Shown: positions 1 through 9,646 of the stretch, in pieces
Layout: each line of letters begins with the position of its first letter
Position numbering within the stretch: the first letter of the stretch is position 1
DNA from: Candidatus Micrarchaeota archaeon
Lineage (GTDB): Archaea > Micrarchaeota > Micrarchaeia > Anstonellales > Bilamarchaeaceae
NCBI GenBank assembly: GCA_043803165.1
Contig: JAZDKI010000020.1
Span: forward strand, 1-55,173
DNA length: 55,173 nucleotides
Direction of reading: 5' to 3'
Program-made: the position numbers and the translations under genes
The notes under the pieces: generated by a model
The model's database searches: none
Told to the model about the DNA's origin: nothing
What the model saw: the letters and a program-made list of their open reading frames with translations, nothing else

Positions 1-1
1 C

Positions 2-1501
2 GCAGGCGTATCACCTGTACAAGCCACGTGCGTGATCTATGCGCCGTACATCCAGGTGACCTCCGGCACGAGCGGCTCGGTGTTCTCTGTGGACCGCTCT
101 GATCTGGGCGGGGACCTCGCGGACGATGAGTTCTACATCGCGATGAGCACAACTCCGGTTATGACAGAGGGATACCTTATGGCGGCACAGTGCGACGGCA
201 ACAACAACGGCGTCTTCGATGATGACGCTGATGGGCCTAATGGGCCGCACTCTTACTTCCTGGGGTCTTCCTATTATACGGCGTCGCTTCCAGCAGCTGA
301 TGAGGACATCGCTCTTCCGCCAGGCACGGTGTTCATGAAGATATCCCCCTCCAGCGAGGACTACGGATTCTCTGATTTCTGGGACCCGGCCAAAGACCCA
401 TATCCCCTGCCTATAGACAATCCGCCTGTAGCCTACAATTACCCAACTATCATCGGATATGAGGATATCGGAGATGGAGAGACGGGATTCATTCCTGGCG
501 AAGGGGGTGCGATCGCGATAGCCGATTATAACCTCGCAACCTTTGGCGATGATGGGGTTCTCGATCTGATATACAGCGCCGGAGCGCCTGGGATGTATCC
601 GCCGCCATATGCCGACTTGCTCCTTGCGATTTCGGAGAAGGCCGGCACAGGTTCGAGCAGCGACTTCGTTGACTACTATGTCTTCGGTGTGGACGAGACA
701 GGTTCAGGCACGCCCGGCGATGCGACATTCGACTTCGCTTCGGGCGATCCGACATTCTGGATCACCTCCGATGATGAGGAGGTCCTCTATGGCCATGCCC
801 TCGCTAATCCGGCCGACCCTCTACAGGGCCACTACTTCGAGTTCTACGACACCGACGGTATCGATGGATGCGATGCTGATGCCTTGTCCGGTCCTGTGGA
901 TTCGTGCATGGAGATGGTCGAAGAGGGCTACATCTCCGAGAGGGGCTCGAAATTCAAACTGATCGACGACAACACGGTCGAGTTTGACATGGCCCACAAG
1001 CTGGCGAGGGCGGAGTGGTACCTGGCTCCTTCATCGAGCTCAGCGGCTGACTCGTCAAAGACGATAGTCACGCTCGGCGAAGGGGAATCAGAGACCGTGA
1101 GCGGCATAACCATCAAGGTGCTTGAGATAACCGAAGATGTCGGCTCATGCAGCGCAGGCGAAGGCTCGGTCGGATGCACGGCGGACATGACCCCGGTATC
1201 AGCCGTGATAATGCCCCAAAACGCACCGACCCTCTCGGTCGCAGTGCCATATGGGTCCTACGGCAACCTGGTCATCCTGGATACAGACGCTGCCGGGGTG
1301 AACACCATCGTCTCTATAGGGGGCGACAAGGTGAACTCCGTCACGGCTGACCTGCTCGCATCCTCTCCGGTCGATTGGACGGCCGAGAAGAAGGTCGTGA
1401 GAGAGGTCGTGGCTGGCTCCAAGATAGTCGTGGCCGGCGCAGAGGCCTCCGACACCCTCGCGGCAGCCCAGGACTTCGTGACCCAGGTGAAAAAAGTCTA
1501 G
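2..1501 (+). CDS. acidic cell-surface (S-layer-like) protein; 5' end probably outside the window
   Basis: The frame is open from the window edge, with no stop before the GTG at 32. The 489+ aa are very D/E/G/S/T-rich and lack enzyme motifs. The C-terminal block (IVSIGGDKVN ... VVAGAEASDTLAAAQDF) resembles archaeal surface-layer protein tails. A T-rich tract follows the stop. Confidence 0.55.
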   Translation, partial: AGVSPVQATCVIYAPYIQVTSGTSGSVFSVDRSDLGGDLADDEFYIAMSTTPVMTEGYLMAAQCDGNNNGVFDDDADGPNGPHSYFLGSSYYTASLPAADEDIALPPGTVFMKISPSSEDYGFSDFWDPAKDPYPLPIDNPPVAYNYPTIIGYEDIGDGETGFIPGEGGAIAIADYNLATFGDDGVLDLIYSAGAPGMYPPPYADLLLAISEKAGTGSSSDFVDYYVFGVDETGSGTPGDATFDFASGDPTFWITSDDEEVLYGHALANPADPLQGHYFEFYDTDGIDGCDADALSGPVDSCMEMVEEGYISERGSKFKLIDDNTVEFDMAHKLARAEWYLAPSSSSAADSSKTIVTLGEGESETVSGITIKVLEITEDVGSCSAGEGSVGCTADMTPVSAVIMPQNAPTLSVAVPYGSYGNLVILDTDAAGVNTIVSIGGDKVNSVTADLLASSPVDWTAEKKVVREVVAGSKIVVAGAEASDTLAAAQDFVTQVKKV

Positions 1502-1507
1502 TATGGC

Positions 1508-1541
1508 TTTTTTCTTTCACTTTCTTTTCATTTATATTTTT
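1508..1541 (+). terminator. oligo-T rich putative archaeal terminator
   Basis: A T6 run at 1508-1513 and further T3-T4 runs lie immediately after the stop at 1499-1501. Confidence 0.4.
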
Positions 1542-1565
1542 CTTAAAAAAAGCGCAACAACCACA

Positions 1566-1573
1566 TTTATAAA
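1566..1573 (+). promoter_or_regulatory. TATA box (TTTATAAA)
   Basis: A canonical archaeal TATA-like octamer lies 23 nt upstream of the ATG at 1597, which implies a leaderless or very short leader. Confidence 0.5.
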
Positions 1574-1596
1574 CACTTTTTATCATCATTTATCCT

Positions 1597-2550
1597 ATGA
1601 AACCGACCGCTTACAGAAGGGAAGGCATCTCACGGAGGGAATTCGGCGCAGCAGCGGCTGCTACCCTCGGCATCGCTTTATTGAAACAGCTGCCGATGGC
1701 AGAAGCGAGGGCAGCAGGATATTCCACATCTACCGATCCATTCACTCTAGATGCGAAGCTAAAAGCGATAGCAGCAGGATTGCCGGCCGGGAGCACGGCA
1801 AATACGGTCCAGGCGATTTTCGACAGATTGAGGCGGGGCGTCCCAGGGGGCGTGAAGATCCTGAAGATGACCGGAAGGCAGCCCCATACCGCTTCAGAAG
1901 CGCTCGCAAAGGGGGGGGACTGCACGGACCTGGCCAGGATAGTCACAGCATTGTTCAAGGCTAAAGGCATCCCTGGCGGAGCGCTGTATGTGCATTTCGA
2001 GCGCGCCCCGGCGAATATAGATCATGTCGTCCCGTTCGCCCTGATAGGCGGCAAGAAGGTCATCGTGGACCTTATGACGTCCGTGCTCGGCCAGACGCAC
2101 CGAGGCAAGTTCAAGCTCCTTATGGAGATGACCCATGACGAATCGGCAGGGATATACCACCGCGAGCAGGGCGACCATTTCCGGGACAATAAAAACCCGA
2201 AAAGCGCTATGGCCGCATACAAGCGCTCGCTCGAGATCAACGACAAGGACCCGTATGTCCACCAGAACCTGGGCATATTGTACGAGAAATCGAGGGACTT
2301 CACAAAAGCCCTCCAGCACATCAAAAAGGCGGCCCAGCTCGACAAGGCGTACGGGAAGCACCTGCCAAAGGCGGTCTTCAACGCAGCGACAGAAGATGGG
2401 GAGAAGGCATACAATGACGGACGGTTCGCGGACTGCGCAAGCGAGTTCCAGAAGGCCCTGGATTCCGGGATCAAGCTACCCCCGGCCCAGGTCAAGTCGC
2501 TTAACGATAACATCGCGCTCTGCAAGGGGAAGGCCAGAGAGAAAAGATGA
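1597..2550 (+). CDS. Tat-signal transglutaminase-like protein with TPR repeats
   Basis: The N-terminus is twin-arginine like (SRREFGAAAAATLGIALL). A transglutaminase-like Cys/His/Asp core is present (GGDCTDLARIV ... IDHVVPF ... VDLM). TPR-like repeats follow (AMAAYKRSLEINDKDPYVHQNLGILYEKSRDFTKALQHIKKAAQLD). Confidence 0.7.
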   Translation: MKPTAYRREGISRREFGAAAAATLGIALLKQLPMAEARAAGYSTSTDPFTLDAKLKAIAAGLPAGSTANTVQAIFDRLRRGVPGGVKILKMTGRQPHTASEALAKGGDCTDLARIVTALFKAKGIPGGALYVHFERAPANIDHVVPFALIGGKKVIVDLMTSVLGQTHRGKFKLLMEMTHDESAGIYHREQGDHFRDNKNPKSAMAAYKRSLEINDKDPYVHQNLGILYEKSRDFTKALQHIKKAAQLDKAYGKHLPKAVFNAATEDGEKAYNDGRFADCASEFQKALDSGIKLPPAQVKSLNDNIALCKGKAREKR

Positions 2551-2628
2551 GCCGGCGGATTTAGGGACGTTCCCTTATAAACGATTACGCCGTATAATCT
2601 ACTGCTATTTACCTATAGGTGTTGCCAT

Positions 2629-5454
2629 ATGTACGATCATCGCAAGACAGAGAAGGAGATCCTCGATTTCTGGGAGAAGAACCAGATATTCCGCAAGGCC
2701 AGGGAGAAGAACGCAGGCAAGGAGACGTTCTATTTCTGCGACGGCCCGCCTTATGCGACCGGCCAGATCCACCCGGGCACCGGATGGAACAAGACCATCA
2801 AGGACTCCTTCTGCCGCTACCAGCGCATGTGCGGGATGGATGTCCGCGTCCAGGCCGGATACGACACCCACGGCCTCCCTATCGAGGTGAAGGTAGAACA
2901 GGAGCTCAAATTCACCAACAAGGGCGATATCGAGAAATACGGCATCGGGAAGTTCATCGACAAATGCAAGGCGTTCGCCACAAAATATGTAGGCATCATG
3001 GGCGCCCAGTTCCAGTCGCTCGGCGTGTGGATGGATTTCGAGAACCCGTATATCACATACCACGACAGCTTCATAGACTCCTCATGGAAGACGCTCGCGA
3101 TGGCCAATGAGCGCGGCCTTCTCCACGAGGGCATCTATGTGCTGCCCTATTGCTACCGCTGCGAGACGACCATGGCCAACTACGAACTGGAATACGACGA
3201 CGAGACGGACCCGAGCATATATGTCAAATTCAAGCTCAAGGACAAGGACGAATACCTGATCGTATGGACGACCACGCCATGGACGCTGGTCGCCAACATG
3301 GGCGTGATGGCCCACCCCACCTTCCCCTATGTGAAGGCCAAGGTTGACGGCGAGGTATGGATCCTCGCCAAAGACCGGCTCGAGCACCTGATGGGGCTTT
3401 TGGGAAAGAGCGCGACCGTCATAGAAGAGCTTCCGGGCAGGAAGCTGAGCGACCTAGAGTACCTCCATCCGTTCCAGGACAAGATACACAAGTTCTACGA
3501 CCGCAAGGTGGTCCTAAGCGACGATTTCGTCACATTGGAGGACGGCACCGGCCTTGTGCACACGGCCCCAGGCCACGGCCCGGCGGACTTCATAATAGGC
3601 AAGAGGTTCGGCATCGAGGCGTTCTGCCCCGTAGACGGCAAAGGGTGCTACACCGAGGAAGCCGGCCAATTCTCCGGCAGGAACGTCCGCGAGGCCAACC
3701 CCTCGATAATAGAGCTGCTCAATGACAACGGCTCGCTAATCCATGAATCCAGGATACGCCACCGCTACCCGCACTGCTGGCGCTGCAAGACCCCGCTGAT
3801 TTTCCTGACCACCAAGCAGTGGTTCATAACGATATCCAAGATGAAGGACCAGATGCTCAGCGAGATCGACAAGACGGAATGGCACCCGGAGTTCGCCAAA
3901 GCGCGTTTCCGGGAGTTCGTCTCGAACGCGCCGGACTGGTGCATATCCAGGCAGAGGTACTGGGGCATACCGCTCCCGATATGGAAATGCTCCTGCGGGC
4001 AGGTCAAGGTCATAGGCTCAAAAAACGAGATCCCTCATGTGAAGGAGCTCCACCGCCCGTATATGGACGAGGTCGAGTTGGAGTGCGCCTGCGGGAAGAA
4101 GATGAGCCGCATCCCGGATGTCCTGGACGTCTGGTTCGATTCAGGCAACGCGGCATGGGCCTCGCTGAGCCCTGAGGAGGCCAAAAGATACGGGGAGCGG
4201 CCTGATCTGATCATAGAGGGCCAGGACCAGATCAGGGGATGGTTCTATTCATTATTGGGCTCCGGGGTCGTCCGGTACGGCGCCTGCCCGTACAAGCGCA
4301 TCCTCATGCACGGCTTCTTCGTGGACGAGAAAGGGGAGAAGATGAGCAAGTCGCTCGGCAATTTCGTCCCCCTCGAAGACATCCTCGAAAAGTACGGCGC
4401 GGACAGCTTCAGGCTCTGGGGAGTCAGCAACACCATCTGGGAGGAGCTGAAATTCAGCTGGGATGAGCTGAAGAAAGCCACGTCCGAACTGAACATCGTC
4501 TTCAACATGATCGTTTTCCTCGAGAGGTTCCATCCAGAGCGCAGGCTCCAAAAGGTGGAACTCACTAAAGCCGATGAATGGATGATAAGCCGGCTGAACT
4601 CCACACTAAAGGAGTTTCGGTCCTCGTTCGACTCATACGAGATAAACCGCGCCGCAAAGGCCCTGCGCTCGTTCATAGTCGACGATGTGAGCAGGTTCTA
4701 CATGAAGATCGCCAAGGACAGGATATCCTCGGCCGACAACGCCGAGGCCGCCCTATGGACGATCTACACCGTCATGCTGGAGTCCTTGAAGATGCTCGGG
4801 TGCATCTCCCCGATGCTGAGCGAGCACCTCTACCAGAGGTTCTATCGGAGATACGAGGGCGAGGAGTCGCTCTTCCTGCTCAGCCTCCCCAAGCCCGATG
4901 AGGGCAGGATAAACGCCCTCTACGAGAAGCAGATGGAGGATGTCAAAGAGCTGGTGTCCGTTTCGCTGCTTGTCCGGCAGGACGCCGCCATAAAGGTGCG
5001 CTGGCCGGTCCGGACAATCTACATAGAGACAAAATCGCACGAGGTGGCTGAGGCCGTAAAGGCTTTCGGGCCCATAATACTGGATCTTGTGAACGCGAAA
5101 GAGGTCAAGCTCACAGAGGCTACGCCCCTAGGCGAGATAGCGGGCAAGGAATTTTCCAACGGCATCCTCCACCTGGACAAGAAGATAGACGAGGAGCTCT
5201 ACGAGGAGGGCGTGCTAAATGAGGTGAAGCGCCGGATCCAGATGATGCGGAAGGAAGCCCAGCTCGTCGAAAACGACAGCGTGGCCATTTCCATAAGCAC
5301 CGAGAAGGAGCTGGAAGGCATCCTCAGGAAGCACGAGAAGGCCCTCGCGGACGCGGTGAACGCCTCCGCCGTGGGGTATGACGCCGAGAAGCAGATGAGC
5401 GAATACACGATAGACGGCAGGCTGGTGCGCCTCGCGCTCAAGAAAAAAGGCTGA
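2629..5454 (+). CDS. ileS: isoleucyl-tRNA synthetase
   Basis: Class I aaRS signatures are present: PPYATGQIHPGTGWNK (HIGH region), WTTTPWTL (editing domain), DWCISRQRYWGIPLP and KMSKS (GEKMSKSLGN). Length is 941 aa. Confidence 0.9.
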   Translation: MYDHRKTEKEILDFWEKNQIFRKAREKNAGKETFYFCDGPPYATGQIHPGTGWNKTIKDSFCRYQRMCGMDVRVQAGYDTHGLPIEVKVEQELKFTNKGDIEKYGIGKFIDKCKAFATKYVGIMGAQFQSLGVWMDFENPYITYHDSFIDSSWKTLAMANERGLLHEGIYVLPYCYRCETTMANYELEYDDETDPSIYVKFKLKDKDEYLIVWTTTPWTLVANMGVMAHPTFPYVKAKVDGEVWILAKDRLEHLMGLLGKSATVIEELPGRKLSDLEYLHPFQDKIHKFYDRKVVLSDDFVTLEDGTGLVHTAPGHGPADFIIGKRFGIEAFCPVDGKGCYTEEAGQFSGRNVREANPSIIELLNDNGSLIHESRIRHRYPHCWRCKTPLIFLTTKQWFITISKMKDQMLSEIDKTEWHPEFAKARFREFVSNAPDWCISRQRYWGIPLPIWKCSCGQVKVIGSKNEIPHVKELHRPYMDEVELECACGKKMSRIPDVLDVWFDSGNAAWASLSPEEAKRYGERPDLIIEGQDQIRGWFYSLLGSGVVRYGACPYKRILMHGFFVDEKGEKMSKSLGNFVPLEDILEKYGADSFRLWGVSNTIWEELKFSWDELKKATSELNIVFNMIVFLERFHPERRLQKVELTKADEWMISRLNSTLKEFRSSFDSYEINRAAKALRSFIVDDVSRFYMKIAKDRISSADNAEAALWTIYTVMLESLKMLGCISPMLSEHLYQRFYRRYEGEESLFLLSLPKPDEGRINALYEKQMEDVKELVSVSLLVRQDAAIKVRWPVRTIYIETKSHEVAEAVKAFGPIILDLVNAKEVKLTEATPLGEIAGKEFSNGILHLDKKIDEELYEEGVLNEVKRRIQMMRKEAQLVENDSVAISISTEKELEGILRKHEKALADAVNASAVGYDAEKQMSEYTIDGRLVRLALKKKG

Positions 5455-5459
5455 AAATA

Positions 5460-5657
5460 TCAGTTCGCGCTCTTGAACATGCTGCGCTTCCTTATGCTGG
5501 ACCAGCAGCTCTTGCAGATGTAGCGGTGGTCGATCTTCTTCCTTTTCGCGCTTTTCACGCAAGGATTGCAGATGATGCGGTTGCAGTACTCGCATTTGAC
5601 CAGCTTCGCGGTCTGGCCCCCGCATCTTGCGCACATTTCGATAGCCATGAATATCAC
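5460..5657 (-). CDS. small zinc-ribbon protein (four CxxC pairs)
   Basis: The 65-aa product carries CARCGG, CEYC, CNPC and CKSC. It is convergent with ileS and fills the gap cleanly. Confidence 0.5.
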   Translation of the reverse strand: MIFMAIEMCARCGGQTAKLVKCEYCNRIICNPCVKSAKRKKIDHRYICKSCWSSIRKRSMFKSAN

Positions 5658-5693
5658 TCCGTGTGTTCTTCTGAGGATATACTGAGGGAAAGC

Positions 5694-5702
5694 TATTTAA
5701 TA
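5694..5702 (+). promoter_or_regulatory. TATA-like box (TATTTAATA)
   Basis: The box lies 21 nt upstream of the ATG at 5724. Confidence 0.45.
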
Positions 5703-5723
5703 GATATCAGGGGAAGCTAACCC

Positions 5724-6272
5724 ATGGGAGAAAGGACGTCCGGCCGGCTCAGGGGGCAGGCCGCTGTCAAGAGAACCCCGTTCTCAACCCGCAGCCTGCG
5801 CGGGCAGGCCGCGGTCGAATACCTGACCACCTACGGCTGGGCCCTGCTCGCCCTGGTGATCGTCATCGCCATCCTTGTATCGACCGGGATCTTCTCGCCT
5901 TCTTATCTTGTGGCTGAAGAGTGCAGCTTCGGGAACAACCTGAAATGCGAGGCGGCGGTATTCAACTCGGGCCCGGTCACGGATGTGCGCTTCAGCCTCT
6001 TCAACGGCCTTCCATACAAGGTGAAGGTGGTCTCGGTGAACCTCCAGACGGCGGAAGGGATCAGCGTCGACGGCTTCCCGCAAAACATCGAACTCGACAG
6101 CGGCGAGAAGTTCCTCTATGAAGGGACGACGAGCGAGCAGATACCGACAGGTGCCGTGAAGCGCTTCTCCGGGAACATCACTTATGTCTCATGCGCCAGC
6201 GAGCTCGGGCCCGAATGCAGCACCGTAGAGCATCCGTTATCCGGAAGGATGACCGCCAGAGTGATCGAATAA
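5724..6272 (+). CDS. archaeal type IV pilin-like protein (class III signal peptide)
   Basis: The sequence RGQAAVEYLTTYGWALLALVIVIAILV matches the class III signal pattern: a basic leader, G/Q cleavage context, E at +5 and a hydrophobic helix. The true start is uncertain because an RGQAAV motif occurs twice. Confidence 0.7.
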   Translation: MGERTSGRLRGQAAVKRTPFSTRSLRGQAAVEYLTTYGWALLALVIVIAILVSTGIFSPSYLVAEECSFGNNLKCEAAVFNSGPVTDVRFSLFNGLPYKVKVVSVNLQTAEGISVDGFPQNIELDSGEKFLYEGTTSEQIPTGAVKRFSGNITYVSCASELGPECSTVEHPLSGRMTARVIE

Positions 6273-6273
6273 G

Positions 6274-8598
6274 CTAGGCACTCACAGAGAATTCGCCCTT
6301 CACGATCTCGACATTCTTCACCCTGCTTATCTTTTTCAGCTCTTCTAAGAGCTCGCCTTCGATCCCATCGGGCAGGCTCAGCCTGACGATCTCGAGCTCG
6401 GCGTTCTGGGGCAGCTTGTTCCTGGACTTGTGCTGCCTCAGCTGGCTGACGATCCCATTGAGGACGGCGACCCTGGCGACATCAGTCTCGTATCCGTCTC
6501 CGGCCTCTGGCCAGGGCTCGCGGTGTATGCTCCCCTTGCCCCCGAACAGCTCGTGGTATATCTCCTCGCTCACATGCGGGGTGATCGGGGCGAGGAGCTT
6601 TATCGATTCGCGCAGCACCTTGTCCAATGTGGCCAATGCCGCGTCCTTGCCCGGATGCTCCTCGTATATCCTGTATTTGACATATTCGAGGTAGTTGTCG
6701 CAGAAATCGTGCCAGAAAAAGTCATGGAGCCTCTTCATGGCCTGGTGGTACTCGAAGCCCTCCATGGCATCCGTCACCTCTTTGATCGTGGTGTTCAGCC
6801 TGCCCAATATCCAGCGGTCCACCATGGTGGGTTCCGCGTCATGGGTCTTGGGCTTCCCGAAGCCCTCCACGAACCTGGCCGCGTTCCAGACCTTTGTCAG
6901 GAAGCTTTTTGCGAACTTGATATCCTCATATGAGAAGGGCCTGTCTTTAGCCATGGCCCCGCTCAGAGCGGACCACTGCCTGATGGCATCCGTAGGATAG
7001 TCCTTCTGCAATTCGGCCGGGGAGATGATATTTCCCAGGGACTTGCTCATCTTCTTGCCGTCTGGGGCGAGCACGTTGCCGTTCAGAAGTATCGTCTCGA
7101 AGGGCGGTATCCCTGTCAGGGCGACGCCGCTCCTGAAAATCGTGTAGAAGGCCCAGGTGCGGACTATCTCGACCCCCTGGGGCCGCAATGACGCCGGATA
7201 CAGCCTTTTCATGCGATTCTCGTCAGGCCAGCCCGAGATTATCAGTGGGGAGATGCTAGAGTCCACCCAGCAGTCGCAGGTGCTGGTCTCAGGAGACATA
7301 TCCAGCCCGCAATCGCATCTCCTATGCTTCGCCTTTTCCGGATAGAACGGCAGCTCGGATGCCTCTGCGGGCGCTGTCCTGCCACATTCGCAGATATAGA
7401 ACGGCAGCGGTGTCCCGAACACCCTTTGGCGCGAGATGACCCAGTCCCATTCCGCCCCCTCCACCCAGTCTATGAGGTAGTTGATGCCGAATTCAGGGAC
7501 CCACCTGATCTTATGGGCCATGGCCTTGATGCGGCTCGCGGTCGTGCGGATGTCCGCGAACCACTGTTTGGAAGGGATAAGCTCGACCGGCGTCTTGCAC
7601 CGGTCATGCACCTTGACGATCTGCCTGGTCTGGGTCTGTTTCACGACCTTCCCGCCCAGTTCCTCCAGGATCTTTTTCTTCGCCTCGGCGACCTTCAATC
7701 CGTTCAAGGATCCCGAATTGATCATCTTGCCGTATTGGTCTATCGCCTCGTAGAGCGGGAGCTTGTATCTATGCATCCATACGACGTCCATCTTGTCGCC
7801 GAATGTGCAGACCATCACCAGGCCGGTCCCGAACTCCTTGTCGACCTCCTTGTCCGGGAGGGCCAGGACCTCTTTTCCTAAAGGCGTGCGGACCTTGGCC
7901 CCGTCAAGGTTCTTGTACCGCTCATCCTCGGGATTGTACAATACCGCCCCGCAGGCATAGAGCATCTCGGGCCTCGTGGTGGCGATTATGAGGTCTTCGC
8001 CGTCCGGCCCCTTGAATATGATATGGTTCAATGTCCCGTCTCGCTCCTCTTCGTCGAGTTCCGCCTTTGCGACGGCGGAGACGCACCTCGGGCACCAATA
8101 GACCGGGTATTTGTCGCGGTAGACAAGCTTATCATTGTACATCTTTATGAGCGAGAGCTGGACCTTCCGGTGGTATTCCGGGTCCATCGTGCGGTACTCA
8201 TAGCGCCAATCCGGGCTGAAGCCCATCCCGATCATCTGGGACTTCATCCTCTCGATGAATTCCAATGTCCATTCCACGCATTTCTGCCTGAACTGCACCG
8301 GGGGGAGGCGCCCGAACTTCTTCTCCACCTTCACTTCGGTGGGGAAGCCCTGGGTGTCCCAGCCCTGGGGGTAATAGACGTTGAAGCCCCGCATGCGTTT
8401 GTATCTCGCCGCGAAATCGAAGAAGCTGTATGATAAGACATGGCCCATGTGCAATTCGCCGCTGGTGAAGGGGGGCGGGGTGTCGATGGAGTAGACGGGG
8501 CGGACCGTGTCCTTCTCGTCGAAATCGTATGTGCGGTTTTCCTGCCAGTGCTTCTGCCATTTCTCTTCGATTGACCTGTCGTAGCGCTGCTGGAGCAT
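6274..8598 (-). CDS. valS: valyl-tRNA synthetase
   Basis: Signatures present: PPPFTSGELHMGHVLSY (HIGH region), TTRPEMLYACGAVLYNPEDERY (ValRS editing-domain signature), DWVISRQRVFGTPLP and KMSKSLGN. Length is 774 aa. Confidence 0.85.
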   Translation of the reverse strand: MLQQRYDRSIEEKWQKHWQENRTYDFDEKDTVRPVYSIDTPPPFTSGELHMGHVLSYSFFDFAARYKRMRGFNVYYPQGWDTQGFPTEVKVEKKFGRLPPVQFRQKCVEWTLEFIERMKSQMIGMGFSPDWRYEYRTMDPEYHRKVQLSLIKMYNDKLVYRDKYPVYWCPRCVSAVAKAELDEEERDGTLNHIIFKGPDGEDLIIATTRPEMLYACGAVLYNPEDERYKNLDGAKVRTPLGKEVLALPDKEVDKEFGTGLVMVCTFGDKMDVVWMHRYKLPLYEAIDQYGKMINSGSLNGLKVAEAKKKILEELGGKVVKQTQTRQIVKVHDRCKTPVELIPSKQWFADIRTTASRIKAMAHKIRWVPEFGINYLIDWVEGAEWDWVISRQRVFGTPLPFYICECGRTAPAEASELPFYPEKAKHRRCDCGLDMSPETSTCDCWVDSSISPLIISGWPDENRMKRLYPASLRPQGVEIVRTWAFYTIFRSGVALTGIPPFETILLNGNVLAPDGKKMSKSLGNIISPAELQKDYPTDAIRQWSALSGAMAKDRPFSYEDIKFAKSFLTKVWNAARFVEGFGKPKTHDAEPTMVDRWILGRLNTTIKEVTDAMEGFEYHQAMKRLHDFFWHDFCDNYLEYVKYRIYEEHPGKDAALATLDKVLRESIKLLAPITPHVSEEIYHELFGGKGSIHREPWPEAGDGYETDVARVAVLNGIVSQLRQHKSRNKLPQNAELEIVRLSLPDGIEGELLEELKKISRVKNVEIVKGEFSVSA

Positions 8599-8625
8599 AA
8601 GTATCGAAAAGAAGATGGTTCGAGG

Positions 8626-8636
8626 TTTTTAAAAAA
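8626..8636 (-). promoter_or_regulatory. TATA-like box for valS
   Basis: The plus strand reads TTTTTAAAAAA, 27 nt upstream of the valS ATG (8598). The T-run on the minus strand could also terminate the upstream gene. Confidence 0.4.
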
Positions 8637-8644
8637 GAGCAAGG

Positions 8645-9613
8645 TCAGCGCATGGCCTGCTTCAGGCCTTTTTTCACAGGCACATACGTATCCGGGGACT
8701 GGGTGCTCAGGATGATGCTGTCCCGCAACCTGTCCCTGGTCTCCTGCTCAAGATCCCGAAGATTGATCGTCGTCCTTCCACCAGCATTCTCGAGAGCTTC
8801 CCGATTCATGTTCGCCAGCGGCGCGCCCAAATGGCGCTTGAGCTCTTCCATATACAGCTGCTCATCGAAAATGTTCCTCTGGCCCTTGTCAGCCAGTTTT
8901 TTCAGCCTGCCCAGCTCTTCCTGCACGAACTGGAGGCGCTGCTGGCCAGATAGGTTCATCACTTCGAAGAGCGCGTTTGTCTCGGTAGGCGAGAATTCTC
9001 CAATCCCGCCGTCGCTCCGGCGCTGTCTTTTCCCATCTCTCAGCCCTATGGCGCGGACGACCTGCCCGGCATCGAAACCGTAGCTGATGGCCGCACTTGC
9101 GAAGTCCCGGGCGATCGTCCGCTTCTCCTCTTCGCTTTTTCCGGCTGTGGCTTTTTCGTACATCTCCTTGGCGGTCTGATCCATGAGCCCTGTTTTCTTG
9201 AATTTCAATTCAAGTTGCTCGGAAGCGATACGCGCCTGTGTGCCTGCCACCTTCGCCAGATCATCGTTCTTCCCGAAATTCCTGAACCACGTTTCGATGC
9301 CATCTTTCCTGGCAGCTGTCAATGCGGTTTCCCGGAACAGATCGAAAACAGCGATCCCCGCCTTCGCTTTCATGCTAGCGAGGATTTCGGTGAACTGGGG
9401 CGATCTTGATTCGATCGCGGCTTGGGTCAGCCTGGCCAGGTTCTCCATCTGCTTCTTTTGGGCAAGAGGGTCCCTTTCTGACGGGAGGCCTAGCAGCTTG
9501 GCCGCTTGGGCATAGAATTCGCGATTTTTTATTAATTCATAAGCAAAATTCGTGCCAATTTTTACTTCCTGAACCTGGCCTTCATCCTTTTCCTTCCCTA
9601 TCACTGGTGTCAT
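8645..9613 (-). CDS. hypothetical protein (helical, no signal peptide)
   Basis: This is a 322-aa ORF with core-like GC and no competing ORF of similar length. I recognise no motif. Confidence 0.6.
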   Translation of the reverse strand: MTPVIGKEKDEGQVQEVKIGTNFAYELIKNREFYAQAAKLLGLPSERDPLAQKKQMENLARLTQAAIESRSPQFTEILASMKAKAGIAVFDLFRETALTAARKDGIETWFRNFGKNDDLAKVAGTQARIASEQLELKFKKTGLMDQTAKEMYEKATAGKSEEEKRTIARDFASAAISYGFDAGQVVRAIGLRDGKRQRRSDGGIGEFSPTETNALFEVMNLSGQQRLQFVQEELGRLKKLADKGQRNIFDEQLYMEELKRHLGAPLANMNREALENAGGRTTINLRDLEQETRDRLRDSIILSTQSPDTYVPVKKGLKQAMR

Positions 9614-9646
9614 GATGAAAATAGGAAGAATTAGAATATAAATATT

